64,000 nt of DNA from Candidatus Hecatella orcuttiae. Its GTDB lineage: Archaea; Thermoproteota; Bathyarchaeia; Hecatellales; Hecatellaceae. The notes beneath the pieces were generated by a model. That model was given only the letters and a program-made list of their open reading frames with translations. It ran no database searches and was not told the origin of the DNA. Position numbers and translations under genes: made by a program. Where the stretch lies: positions 352,001 to 416,000 of the forward strand of contig MTLY02000003.1 of the NCBI GenBank assembly GCA_002011035.2, written 5' to 3'. Shown here piece after piece: positions 30,391 through 40,003 of this stretch (its first letter is position 1; each line of letters opens with the position of its first letter).

Positions 30391-31377
30391 TCAGGCCTTC
30401 TCCCCCAGCTGAGAGCCGTATTTGACCAGCTGGGCCAGCAGTGCGCTCAGCTGGATGTCGTCGTTGGCTCCTTCGACCAGGCGGAAGTCGTATTCGCCGA
30501 TGATGTCCGCCAGTTCGATCTGAGCCTTGGGGGGAAGCTTCAGGTTGAAGATTTCCCGGTGAACCTGCCGGATGATGTCGCTTCCCGACATCCCATAGGT
30601 GGCCATGAGCGTGTAGAGGGTGTTCCGAGCCTCCAGGAAGTCTCCTTTCAAAGCCTTTCCCAGCATGTCCCTTATCTCCTCGGAGCCGGCTTTCCCCATC
30701 ACCTGCAGGACGGTTTTCCTGTCCACAGTCCTGCCTACGGTGGCGGCGGCTTGGAGGGTGTTCACAGCTCTCCTCAAGTCCCCACCGCAATGCTCGATGA
30801 GAGCCTCAACACCGCTGTCTTGGAGGTTCAGCTTCTCCTTCTTGGCTATGAAGCGGAGGTAGTTTTCCACATCCCCCCTCGCCAGGGGAGCGAACCTGAA
30901 GATGGCGCAGCGGCTTTGGATGGGCTCGATGATCTTGCCGGAGTAGTTGCAGATGAGGATAAACCGGGAAGTCCGACTGTTGGCTTCCATGATCCTCCGC
31001 AGGGCAGTTTGAGCCTCTGCAGTCATCTGGTCGCTTTCATCCAAGATGACCAAGCCGAAGGGAACCTTCGCCATAGTCCCGAGGACATGCCTAGTGAAGT
31101 TTTTTATCCTCTCCCTGACCATCTGGATGCCTCTCTCATCTGAGGCATTGAGTTCGAGGACGTAGTTTCTCCAGCCGGGGCCAAGAAGCTGCCTAGCTAG
31201 GCAAAGGGCCACGGAGGTCTTTCCGTTTCCGGGGGGCCCGGCGAAGAGGAGGTGAGGCATGGTGTTGGGGGACTTCAGAAAGCCCTTGAGGCTTTCGATA
31301 ACCGACTTGTGGTCTACAACCTCATCCAGCATTTTAGGCCGGTATTTTTCCACCCACATAACGGCTTCTTCGCTCAT
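30391..31377 (-). CDS. rfcS: Replication factor C small subunit
   Basis: WVEKYRP, GPPGNGKT, ELNASDERG, IQSRC; no intein. Confidence 0.97.
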   Translation of the reverse strand: MSEEAVMWVEKYRPKMLDEVVDHKSVIESLKGFLKSPNTMPHLLFAGPPGNGKTSVALCLARQLLGPGWRNYVLELNASDERGIQMVRERIKNFTRHVLGTMAKVPFGLVILDESDQMTAEAQTALRRIMEANSRTSRFILICNYSGKIIEPIQSRCAIFRFAPLARGDVENYLRFIAKKEKLNLQDSGVEALIEHCGGDLRRAVNTLQAAATVGRTVDRKTVLQVMGKAGSEEIRDMLGKALKGDFLEARNTLYTLMATYGMSGSDIIRQVHREIFNLKLPPKAQIELADIIGEYDFRLVEGANDDIQLSALLAQLVKYGSQLGEKA

Positions 31378-31493
31378 AATCCTTCAACCAAACTACGTAG
31401 AGCTCCGATAATAAGATATATCTTTCAACCTTCGCCAATGTAACTTTTATTAAACTCCAATTTTTATTGATAGGGTTAAGAAGGGGTTGCCCT

Positions 31494-32033
31494 TTGATTC
31501 TCTCTGACTTCGACCTTTTGAATTATATCCGAGAAAGGCGGCTGGTGATCAGGCCTTTCAAGAAGGATACTCTCCGCGAGAACGGTGTCGACCTCCACTT
31601 GGGGGACACCATAGCCCGGCTGAGGCCTTCAAGCCGGATTCTGGACACTCGGGGAACACCGGGGATAGAAGGTTTCTACTCTGTGGAGAAAGCGAAGGCC
31701 TTCACCATTCAGCCCAACGAAAAAGTTCTGGTAAGCACCTTGGAGCATGTGGAAATACCCTCAGACCTCATGGGCTTCGTGGAGCTGCGCTCCACTTTCG
31801 CCCGGTGCGGAATCCTCCTGCCGCCTACCATTCTCGATGGAGGCTTTAAGGGAAACATCACCATCGAAATCCTAGGCTCCGCCTTCCCGGTTAGGCTTTA
31901 CAGCGGAGACCGCTTCGCCCACGTGGTCTTCGCCAAGCTGACCTCCCCGCTGGGAAGACCTTACGACGGCAAGTATCAAGGCCAACAGGGCATCGCCCTC
32001 CCCCGCTTCGACTTAGCCTCCCAGCCGAAGTGA
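31494..32033 (+). CDS. dcd: dCTP deaminase
   Basis: MILSD, ENGVDL, LRSTFAR, DGGFKGNITIE, GKYQGQ. Confidence 0.92.
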   Translation: MILSDFDLLNYIRERRLVIRPFKKDTLRENGVDLHLGDTIARLRPSSRILDTRGTPGIEGFYSVEKAKAFTIQPNEKVLVSTLEHVEIPSDLMGFVELRSTFARCGILLPPTILDGGFKGNITIEILGSAFPVRLYSGDRFAHVVFAKLTSPLGRPYDGKYQGQQGIALPRFDLASQPK

Positions 32034-32038
32034 GTCTT

Positions 32039-33208
32039 CTATTTCAGGTAGATTTCGATGAGGTCGCCGTCTCGGAGAGGGAAGTCCAGCCCCACCTTTT
32101 CACCCGGATACTTGGCGGAGGGCCCCCAGAGCTTGGCGTATCGAAACCTTCTCCGCAGGTCGGTGTGGATTCTCGAAGCCGCGTCGGAAACCTTCTCACC
32201 CCTCCTGAGGATAAGCGGCTTATCCGGCTCCGGCTGGCCGGGTCTTCGAGGGTAAACCCTCATGATGCCGAGGAAGTCGAAGAGTCTTCGCTTCAGTTCC
32301 TCCAAGCCCCCTCCTTCTTTGGCTGAGACTTGGATGAGGGGAAGATTCTCCCCCTCAGATAGGGGGAGGTTTCCCGTATCCTCAGAGGAGGCCAAGTCCG
32401 CCTTGTTTACGGCTACCAGCATCGGCTTCTGCACGGTCTTCTGGGAGAGAGCCAGTTTGACGTCTTCCTCCGAAGCTTCGTCCAAGATTTTTATGACAGC
32501 GTTCCTGACGTCTTCCTCCGCAGCCAGCCGGGGGACATTCTCTAGGCTGCCGTGAAACTTGTTGGCGCAGAAAACTCTCACCCCGCCTGAGCTGGTGGGT
32601 TGCACATCTATCCTAGGCTGCTTCCCTTTGCGGGGGTGGATTCCGAAAGCCTTCAACTCGTCTAGGAGGATTTGAAGCTGCAAGCCGAGGTCTTGGTCCG
32701 CCGCCAGCACTAGGAGGATGCCGTCGGAGTTTCTGGCCAAACCTAGGACTTGGGGGCCCCATGCTTTTCCTTCGCTAGCGCCCTCCATGATGGCAGGGGC
32801 TTCCACCAAGCTGAGCTGAATGTCTTGGTAGGGCATCATCCCCACCACGGGGGCGAGCGTGGTGTAAGGCCGGTTTCCTATCTCCACCGCCGCGTTGGTC
32901 AGAGCTTTCAGCAGCTGACTTTTCCCAACCTGGGTTAGGCCTAGGATGAGGACTTGGGCAGCTCCTGTTTTCTTGATGTCGAAGGCCGTCCTCCCGCTGG
33001 CTCCAGCCTTGGAGCGCCTCCTGTTCTCCAGTTCTTCCCTGAGCTTCGCCAGCTTGGTTTTCAGATGGGACCGAAGCTTCATGGTTCCTTTATGCTCAGG
33101 AATAGACCCGATGTAGGCTTCGAGAGCTCTGATTTTCCCTTCCAGGCTTTTGGCCTCTCGATACTCTCGCTCCAGCTGGGTGCACTTGGCGGGAAGGTTG
33201 GTAGGCAT
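32039..33208 (-). CDS. DRG/OBG-family GTPase with TGS domain
   Basis: MPTNLP, HKGT, PYTT, NKAD, AKLWGPSAKYPGEKVGLD. Confidence 0.9.
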   Translation of the reverse strand: MPTNLPAKCTQLEREYREAKSLEGKIRALEAYIGSIPEHKGTMKLRSHLKTKLAKLREELENRRRSKAGASGRTAFDIKKTGAAQVLILGLTQVGKSQLLKALTNAAVEIGNRPYTTLAPVVGMMPYQDIQLSLVEAPAIMEGASEGKAWGPQVLGLARNSDGILLVLAADQDLGLQLQILLDELKAFGIHPRKGKQPRIDVQPTSSGGVRVFCANKFHGSLENVPRLAAEEDVRNAVIKILDEASEEDVKLALSQKTVQKPMLVAVNKADLASSEDTGNLPLSEGENLPLIQVSAKEGGGLEELKRRLFDFLGIMRVYPRRPGQPEPDKPLILRRGEKVSDAASRIHTDLRRRFRYAKLWGPSAKYPGEKVGLDFPLRDGDLIEIYLK

Positions 33209-33229
33209 GGTAGGCCAGAAGATAGGTAG

Positions 33230-33862
33230 CTAACTTTGGCTAATAAGCCTAGCTTCTAAGCAGACTAAGGTCTCAAAAAAGAACCGCTTCTCCTCCACCG
33301 TCCTCACGGAGAAACCGACCGCCTGCAGTCTCCGCACGGTTTCTTCAATTCCCCCAAGGGAGGACTGGACGAGGAGAACCCTTCCCCTGGGCTTGAGGAA
33401 GCAGCCTACCTCCCTGATAAACCTCTCCGTCACTTCCCAGCCTTTCTTACCTCCACACCAAGCCCTACTCAACCAGTCCTGAGGCTCCTTTCCATCAGAA
33501 GGTAAATAGGGAGGATTGAAAACTATCAAGTCGAATTTTTCCCCAAACCGAACCGGCTTGAAGAGGTCGCCCTGTCTAACTTCCACTCGGGCCTCCAAAC
33601 CGTTGGCTTGGGCGTTTGCCTTGGTTGCCTCCACCGCAAAAGGGTTCAAGTCCGTGGCCACAACCCGAGCTGCCTTCCGGGCCGCTAGGAGGGCTATGAG
33701 GCCGCAGCCGCAGCCTACCTCCAAGACCGTTTCACCCCTCTGAAGGAGGAGGTTCTCAGCCAAGAGGAAGGTATCCTCCTTCGGCCTGTAGACTTGGCTT
33801 GGCACCATGAGGGTGAGGCCGCTGTAGGTGAAGGTCCACCGGCCTTCAGGCGAAGATGGCAT
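33230..33862 (-). CDS. HemK2/Mtq2 protein methyltransferase
   Basis: VYRPKEDTFLL, EVGCGCG, FNPPYLP. Confidence 0.9.
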   Translation of the reverse strand: MPSSPEGRWTFTYSGLTLMVPSQVYRPKEDTFLLAENLLLQRGETVLEVGCGCGLIALLAARKAARVVATDLNPFAVEATKANAQANGLEARVEVRQGDLFKPVRFGEKFDLIVFNPPYLPSDGKEPQDWLSRAWCGGKKGWEVTERFIREVGCFLKPRGRVLLVQSSLGGIEETVRRLQAVGFSVRTVEEKRFFFETLVCLEARLISQS

Positions 33863-34643
33863 CTGAGACCTCTCCCAGCTCTTCAGGGGTGAGGGTGAAA
33901 ACCTTCCTTTCCAAGTAGGGGGCTTTCTCTAGGCTCAGAGGCCTCATCCTTGAAACCACCCGCAGGGCTTTGCTGAGCTTTCTGTTTTTCTGAGTGAACA
34001 AAAGCCTCACAGCTTCCTCAAAGGCGCCCCAGTTTTTCACTTGAAAGGGAGGCTTCTCCCTCGGCTTGATGCGCACCATCCAGGAGGACACTTGGGGCTT
34101 GGGGTAAAAGGCTTTAGGGGGCACAGGCTCCAGCAGCTCCACTTCCGCCTTGGTGTAGACCATGACGGAGAGCCTTCCGTAGGCTTTCTCCCCCGGCTTA
34201 GCCACCATTCTCTTGGCGAACTCTGTTTGAAAGGTGAAGACACCCAACTCGAAGCTTTCCTCCAGCAGTTTGAAAACCATGGGGGACGCTATGGAGTAGG
34301 GAGGGTTTGAAACAACCTTGTTATAGCAGCCCTTCAAGTTCATCTTCAGGAAATCTCCCCGTCTCAGATCGACTTTTCCCCAGTCCTTAAATTTCTCGGA
34401 GAGGTAACCGCAAAGCCTGGGGTCAGACTCCACAGCCATAACTTTTCCAGCTCTCTCAGCCAAGACTTCCGTGAGAAAACCGAATCCAGCCCCAACCTCC
34501 AAGACTACGTCGCCGCGTTGGAGCTCAGCATAATCAGCCAGCCGAGTCAGAGTTTCCCAGTCTACCATAAAGCTCTGGCCGAACTTCCTCCTCGGCCTGA
34601 CCTTCCACTGCTGGAGAAGTCTCTTAACCTGCTGCGGGGAGAG
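33846..34643 (-). CDS. rsmA: 16S rRNA dimethyltransferase KsgA/Dim1
   Basis: RKFGQSF (upstream of first ATG 34568), LEVGAGFG, SNPPY, YGRLSV; start uncertain (see findings). Confidence 0.92.
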   Translation of the reverse strand, partial: LSPQQVKRLLQQWKVRPRRKFGQSFMVDWETLTRLADYAELQRGDVVLEVGAGFGFLTEVLAERAGKVMAVESDPRLCGYLSEKFKDWGKVDLRRGDFLKMNLKGCYNKVVSNPPYSIASPMVFKLLEESFELGVFTFQTEFAKRMVAKPGEKAYGRLSVMVYTKAEVELLEPVPPKAFYPKPQVSSWMVRIKPREKPPFQVKNWGAFEEAVRLLFTQKNRKLSKALRVVSRMRPLSLEKAPYLERKVFTLTPEELGEVSDAIFA

Positions 34644-34656
34644 CTGCCTCGCCTCC

Positions 34657-35211
34657 TCAGGGTTGACGGATGAACAGGCGGTACTTGGGAGTGGTGGTCA
34701 GCTCTTCCATAATCCTCTTCACCACCGCCTTCTGGGGGTCGGGCACAGAGGTTCGTTTCTGAAGGTCCGCAAAGCTTTCGAAGGGCTTTTTCTCCCTCTC
34801 GTTCACTATCTGCCACATGTATTTTTTCCCTATGCCTGGGAGCAGTTCGAAGGCATGCATCCTAGGGGTGACCGCTTGGGCTGTGTTGAAAAACTGGACG
34901 AATCTCTGCTCCTGCATTTTGACGATTTCCTCCACCACGTAGGGAAGCTCGCTTTTAGCCGTGGAGGTCAACTCCTCGTAGCTGATCCGGCCGAGGATGT
35001 GGTTGACTTTATCTCTTTTCTCCTTCCCTATGTGAAGGTATTCGTGGAGGTTGACAGTCACCCCCGGCTTGAGAGTAGCCTCTAGAAGGGTGAAATAGTC
35101 CTCCCCCACCAACTGAACCACCGGCTCCGCTACAAATTCGCGGCCGAACATTTTCCCTCGCGGGAGGAAATCTAGGACGAAAGCCATTTCCTCATAGCGG
35201 CGTTTTTCCAT
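34657..35211 (-). CDS. DUF655 family putative RNA-binding protein
   Basis: VLDFLP, FTLLE, FFN, RMHAFELLPGIGKK; typical rpo4-DUF655-ksgA context. Confidence 0.9.
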   Translation of the reverse strand: MEKRRYEEMAFVLDFLPRGKMFGREFVAEPVVQLVGEDYFTLLEATLKPGVTVNLHEYLHIGKEKRDKVNHILGRISYEELTSTAKSELPYVVEEIVKMQEQRFVQFFNTAQAVTPRMHAFELLPGIGKKYMWQIVNEREKKPFESFADLQKRTSVPDPQKAVVKRIMEELTTTPKYRLFIRQP

Positions 35212-35349
35212 TAAAGCCCCTCAAATATGAAATCAGCCTATTGAAAATATATAAATTAACAGCCCCCCGTTCAGATAGGCAGGCAGCCTCCCCTCAGCAA
35301 TAGCTGGAAACGGACGGGGAAGTGTTCTCCTATCGGCATTTCCGCGTAG

Positions 35350-35676
35350 CTATTTTCTGTACTTATCTAGGAGGCTGAGCATTTCTTGGAGTTTCTCGGT
35401 TGGAATGAGCTTATACCGGGGGAAGAAAACTCTCAGCTCCTCCACGCTCTCAGGCATACAGTTGACTATCTGAACAGCCTCCTTGACCTCGAGGTCAAAG
35501 GAGGACACCAACTCTTCAACCAGCTTTTCCGCATCCTCCGCGTTAACCTTAGAGAAGACATCCAAGTACTCCAAGGTTTTTTTCTGAAACTGGTTTAACT
35601 CCCGACCTAGATTTCGGAGTATCTCCCTCGCCTTTGCGTGGGTGAGAAGCTTGTTTTCCGAAATTTTCAGGGGCAC
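35350..35676 (-). CDS. rpo4: RNA polymerase subunit Rpo4 (F)
   Basis: QKKTLEYL..FSK, AVQIVNCMPESVEELR; operon context. Confidence 0.9.
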   Translation of the reverse strand: MPLKISENKLLTHAKAREILRNLGRELNQFQKKTLEYLDVFSKVNAEDAEKLVEELVSSFDLEVKEAVQIVNCMPESVEELRVFFPRYKLIPTEKLQEMLSLLDKYRK

Positions 35677-35688
35677 CTAGCTTTCCCC

Positions 35689-35985
35689 CTAAACCTTGTT
35701 TTCGAAGGTTTTCAGGTGCTCAGGCCGAGCTATTATCTGTCTGGTTTTGCCTCCATCCTGAACTTGAACCACGTAGGCTCTCCCTCGCTGTTGGAGGATT
35801 ACCCCAACCTTGCCGTGGTAGCGCCGGTGAGGCTGTCCCTTATGCACCGCAGGGTCGATGGAGAGCACAACCTTGTCTCCTGTCCTGTATTTTCTCAGCA
35901 GGTATCCCAGAGGTTTGAGTCCCCGGCTTCTCCGAGGCTTTCTCAGCAGGTTCCTCGTCCTAGACCGGTAGCCCTTAGACTTCAT
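35689..35985 (-). CDS. rpl21e: 50S ribosomal protein L21e
   Basis: SKGYRSRTR, HKGQPHRRYHGKVG, RPEHL. Confidence 0.96.
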   Translation of the reverse strand: MKSKGYRSRTRNLLRKPRRSRGLKPLGYLLRKYRTGDKVVLSIDPAVHKGQPHRRYHGKVGVILQQRGRAYVVQVQDGGKTRQIIARPEHLKTFENKV

Positions 35986-37312
35986 CTTCCTCACCGCCGA
36001 TATCTATCACGGAAAGCCTCAGGCATTTAACCTTTTTTCCCAGCACCTCGGCGATGCTGGGAGTCGTTCTACCCTCATCCCCGTCCACCAGTTCTTTTAC
36101 ATAGAGGCCGCCTTGACATTTTAGGGTTACTTCAAACCTGCTGTCTGAAAGCTTTTCAGCTTTCAAACTGTAGACCCGCCGCTCTCGCTCCTTGTCTGCT
36201 CTCCGGTGGAGCACCCTCCTGGGTGTGAGCTGTCGGATAACCCTATCTGTGAAGGCTTTTTCCACAGCGTCCAGGTCTTCCTCCGTCAGCCTCTCTGTTG
36301 ACTCTACTAGGAAGCGGTAGACTTTAGGGCTTGCCTCTGCCGCTTTGACCCTTCTGACAGCGTCTTTGCCTGCGAGCTTGAGGTCTAGAACCTCCACCCT
36401 GCCCCCTGCGTTCACCTCCCTCCTAACTCTTTCAAGGTCGATGAAGCGTCTTCGAGGGTTTTTCACCTCCACGACGAAGGGTCTTCCGCTGCCTAAAACC
36501 TGAGCGTCGATGTCTTCGCGGCCTCCTGCGTGGAATTCAGCGCCCTCTCCCTCCGTCAGCTTCAAGATGGGAGCTTCTAGGATTTCTTGAACTGATTCAG
36601 GGTATTTTTTACCTGTGCCCCCGCAGAAGCTACAGCCCTTGCCTCCGCATCTTCGGCAAAGCCAACGGGACTGAGGGATCCCCGTGACCAGTTTCCGGTA
36701 TCGACCTTCAACGAAAAGGGGGTTAGCCTTCAAGGTGAACTCGTTTTTGAAGGGGGAGACTGTGACCACGAGCTCCGGGTTGGCGAAGTCCGCCTGTTTA
36801 CCTGTGAGCTTCGACAGGGTCTTCCCGATTTCCCGGGTGAATTCGCTTTTCATGCTTTCCCCCCACTCCGCCCCGCACCGCGCCCTTACCGAGTCCTCCG
36901 CCTCCAGAAGCTGAGCGGGAATCTTGGCTCCCACCAGAAAGGTGTTGAATTCAAACTCCTTGGCTTTTTCAGCAATCTCCGCTGCGAGCTGGGGGATTTC
37001 TTGAATTTTTCCCCTGCAGAGCTGACATTTCTCTTTTTTCCCCTTTCCTGCTTCAACCCCCAGCCTCCGAAGGGTCTGCGCGGCGGCTTCAAACATGCCG
37101 TGAGCGGCCAGTTTTCTGAGAAGCCTCACCCCGGCTTTATCCTCTGCCTGAATCATGCTGTGGGCCTCTAGGAGGAGGGTGTTTTTCAGCGACCGGCCTC
37201 TCTCCGCATTGTCCATCCCATGGCCTAAGGTGGCGAACTGTCTTCCGAGGCAGTTGTCGCAGAGGCGGTATTCTTCCAGCAGTCTCTGAGCCGCGTCCAG
37301 TATTCCGCCCAC
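35975..37312 (-). CDS. pus10: tRNA pseudouridine(54/55) synthase Pus10
   Basis: CDNCLGRQF, GRYRKL, GREDID, GGLYVKELVDGDEGRT. Confidence 0.95.
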   Translation of the reverse strand: MGGILDAAQRLLEEYRLCDNCLGRQFATLGHGMDNAERGRSLKNTLLLEAHSMIQAEDKAGVRLLRKLAAHGMFEAAAQTLRRLGVEAGKGKKEKCQLCRGKIQEIPQLAAEIAEKAKEFEFNTFLVGAKIPAQLLEAEDSVRARCGAEWGESMKSEFTREIGKTLSKLTGKQADFANPELVVTVSPFKNEFTLKANPLFVEGRYRKLVTGIPQSRWLCRRCGGKGCSFCGGTGKKYPESVQEILEAPILKLTEGEGAEFHAGGREDIDAQVLGSGRPFVVEVKNPRRRFIDLERVRREVNAGGRVEVLDLKLAGKDAVRRVKAAEASPKVYRFLVESTERLTEEDLDAVEKAFTDRVIRQLTPRRVLHRRADKERERRVYSLKAEKLSDSRFEVTLKCQGGLYVKELVDGDEGRTTPSIAEVLGKKVKCLRLSVIDIGGEEDEV

Positions 37313-37414
37313 TTCATGTCCCCCGTGAGGGTTTATCCTTCCAGTAGGTTTAGGTGGTGGAGAAATTTAAAGGGTAAAAGAGAAACCCCTCCACCAAGCC
37401 GGCTGGTTTGCTGT

Positions 37415-38644
37415 TTACTGGGAGAAGAGACCTCGAAGGTCCTCTATTTGGCTTAGGAATTCCGCCAAAGACTCCTTGTGAGACTTGTCCAGGTAGCTTC
37501 CATGCTTGCTGAGAGCGGCTCCGAGTTCGTAGAGAAGCCTGCTAAGCCTGCCGATGCCTATGCCGTTTAAGATTAAATCCTGCAGCCGTGCTCCCGTGTC
37601 TATATCCCCGCCCATCCAGCTTTTTTTCCACTTTTTTTCATACTTCTCCAAGGCCTCAGCCGAGCAGTCGCCTTCGCCTAAAGCCTCCGCCGCCACCTCC
37701 GCAGCCAGTTTACCGGAGAAGACAGCTGCCTCGTAGCCTGCTCCATCCATAGGGCAGACGAAACCCGCTGCGTCTCCGACGAGGAGCACGCCGTGAGCGT
37801 AGGTTTTCCCCTGAGGACCGTAAACGGGGACGGTGTGAACAGAGTGCTGGAACACGGTAGCGCCTTGGGTCAGCTTCCTTACTAGGGGGAAGTCCAAGAA
37901 GTTTGAAAGACGGTTTTCAATGCTTTCTTCGAGCACGTCGAGAGCGGAGCCTACTCCCACGCAGAAATCTTCTTTGGACGGGAAAATCCACCCGTAGCCT
38001 TTTGGTGAGATTTTCTCACTGAGGAATATCTTCAACTCTCCGCCATCGTTCTCGTCGCAAAACCTCCGAGTAATCTCCTCCTCAGACAGGAGGTAGGTGT
38101 GCTTGACGCAGAGGGCGAGGGCGTTAAGCGGCCACCTAGACCTGAGGCTTGCTTTCAATGCGACGGTGGAGTTGGAGCCGTCGGCTCCGATGACCACTGA
38201 GGAATAGAATTTCTCTCCCCCCTCAGCCGCCACGCCTACTACGTGGTTCTGTTTGTCGAAGAGCAGGTTCTCGACGAGGGTGGAGGTCTTCAGCGTAGCT
38301 CCTGCAGCCTCCGCAAAGCCTGAAGTCCACCTATCCCAGCTGGGTCTGTGCACGGTGAAGCCGTATTCCCCGTTTCGGCGGCTGAACTTGAGCTCAGTGA
38401 GCTTATCTTCGTGGAGAAAATGGAAGCCCCACTTGGTCATGGCTCTCTCCACCGGGCCTTCCTTCATCCAAGGGAACCTCTGGAATATGCTGATGGGGAG
38501 AAACTCGCCTCCCACGCTTTTGTCGCCGGGCTGCCTCCCCCGCTCTAGGAGGAGAACCTTCAACCCCTTTTCCGCGGCTGTTTTTGCCGCTAGGATTCCA
38601 GAAGGCCCGGCTCCCACCACCACAATGTCGTATTTTTCAGCCAA
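37415..38644 (-). CDS. Geranylgeranyl reductase/FixC-like flavoprotein
   Basis: VVGAGPSG, IGADG, GYGWIFP, VGDAAGF. Confidence 0.85.
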   Translation of the reverse strand: MAEKYDIVVVGAGPSGILAAKTAAEKGLKVLLLERGRQPGDKSVGGEFLPISIFQRFPWMKEGPVERAMTKWGFHFLHEDKLTELKFSRRNGEYGFTVHRPSWDRWTSGFAEAAGATLKTSTLVENLLFDKQNHVVGVAAEGGEKFYSSVVIGADGSNSTVALKASLRSRWPLNALALCVKHTYLLSEEEITRRFCDENDGGELKIFLSEKISPKGYGWIFPSKEDFCVGVGSALDVLEESIENRLSNFLDFPLVRKLTQGATVFQHSVHTVPVYGPQGKTYAHGVLLVGDAAGFVCPMDGAGYEAAVFSGKLAAEVAAEALGEGDCSAEALEKYEKKWKKSWMGGDIDTGARLQDLILNGIGIGRLSRLLYELGAALSKHGSYLDKSHKESLAEFLSQIEDLRGLFSQ

Positions 38645-38818
38645 GGTTATGGCTCCGCGAAGGTGAAATTTTTTCGCTTAGAACTAGGATAAGTTTCGAA
38701 TATTAAAACTTAACAGCAACCTCAAAATCTCTGCCTACCAATTAAGTATAGGCAGCCACAGCGGAGGAGCAGCTGCCTTCTAGGAGTTTGACCGACCTCG
38801 AAGGGAAGGCTGAAGGCG

Positions 38819-40003
38819 ATGAAACTTGAGTTTCCCACCATGTGGGCGGAGGAAGGGAAAGCCAGATTCATGGTTCCCGCGTCCAAGCCTAAACCTCAAG
38901 GCCCGGGGTCCGCTGAGGCTCCTGTTTTCTACAACCCCGTCATGGAGTTGAACAGAGACTTCGCGGTGCTCTTCCTCCAAGCCTTCGGAACTTCAGCTTC
39001 CAGAGAGCTGGAAGTATGCGAGCCCTTAACTGGCTGCGGGGTGAGAGGCATCAGATTCGCCCTCGAAGTGGATAGGGTGAAAAAAGTGTGGGTGAACGAC
39101 CTAAACCCCCAAGCCGCAGCCCTAGCTCAACTTAACGTAAGGGAGGCTGGAGTTGAAGCTAAGGTCGAAGTATCCCGAGAGGACGCCAATGTCTTCCTCA
39201 GCAGCCATGGGAAACCCGGCAGCCGTTTTGACTACATCGACGTGGACCCCTACGGTTCACCCGTACCCTACTTGGACTCGAGTTTGAGAGCCCTCAAGGC
39301 GGGAGGGGTTCTAGCCCTTACCGCCACCGATATGGCTCCCCTCTGCGGAGTTCACCCAAAAGCCTGCCTGAGGCGTTACGGGGCGAAACCCCTCCGAACC
39401 GAATACTGCCATGAGTTGGCGGCCAGAATCCTTGTGGGCTCCGCAGTCCTCACGGCAGCCAGGGTGGACATCGCGCTTAAGCCTTTGTTCACCCATTCCA
39501 GCGACCACTACGTCCGAGCCTACTTGGCGATGGAAAGAGGAGCCGGTAAAGCGGACCGGAGCCTCAGCCAGCTGGGCTATTTTCACCACTGCTTTCGATG
39601 TCTGAGCCGCCGGCAGGCTCCGGGTCTTTTCCCAAAGCTGGAGGCTCGATGCAAAAACTGCGGAAGCCCCCTAGACTACGCGGGGCCTCTGTGGATAGGG
39701 AAACTCTGGAGCCGAGAAATCTTGGAGACGATGTTCAAAGCTCTTGGAAAGATGAGGCTGAGGCAGATGCACCGTTTGAAGGGGGTTCTCCGAAAAATCG
39801 GAGAAGAAGCCGATAGGGGTCCCGGCTACTACGTGGTAAGCCGGCTCTGCGAGCTGTGGAAATGCCCTCCTCCTCCCTTCGCTAAACTGCTTCAGAGGCT
39901 CCGAACCCTAGGCTTCCCAGCTGCGGGAACCCATTTCCACCCCCTAGGCTTGAAAACGGAGGCCCCCCTAGACCTGCTGAGAAGAGTCCTCACGGAAGCC
40001 TAG
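38819..40003 (+). CDS. trm1: tRNA (guanine26-N2)-dimethyltransferase
   Basis: VFYNPVMELNRD, GVRGIR, DVDPYGSP, TATD, GPLWIG. Confidence 0.95.
   Translation: MKLEFPTMWAEEGKARFMVPASKPKPQGPGSAEAPVFYNPVMELNRDFAVLFLQAFGTSASRELEVCEPLTGCGVRGIRFALEVDRVKKVWVNDLNPQAAALAQLNVREAGVEAKVEVSREDANVFLSSHGKPGSRFDYIDVDPYGSPVPYLDSSLRALKAGGVLALTATDMAPLCGVHPKACLRRYGAKPLRTEYCHELAARILVGSAVLTAARVDIALKPLFTHSSDHYVRAYLAMERGAGKADRSLSQLGYFHHCFRCLSRRQAPGLFPKLEARCKNCGSPLDYAGPLWIGKLWSREILETMFKALGKMRLRQMHRLKGVLRKIGEEADRGPGYYVVSRLCELWKCPPPPFAKLLQRLRTLGFPAAGTHFHPLGLKTEAPLDLLRRVLTEA

Noticed and set aside
30374-30790. Long N-terminal extension of RFC large subunit in the ORF track
   Set aside because: Alternative frame overlapping rfcS; homology starts at MMWVEKHRP
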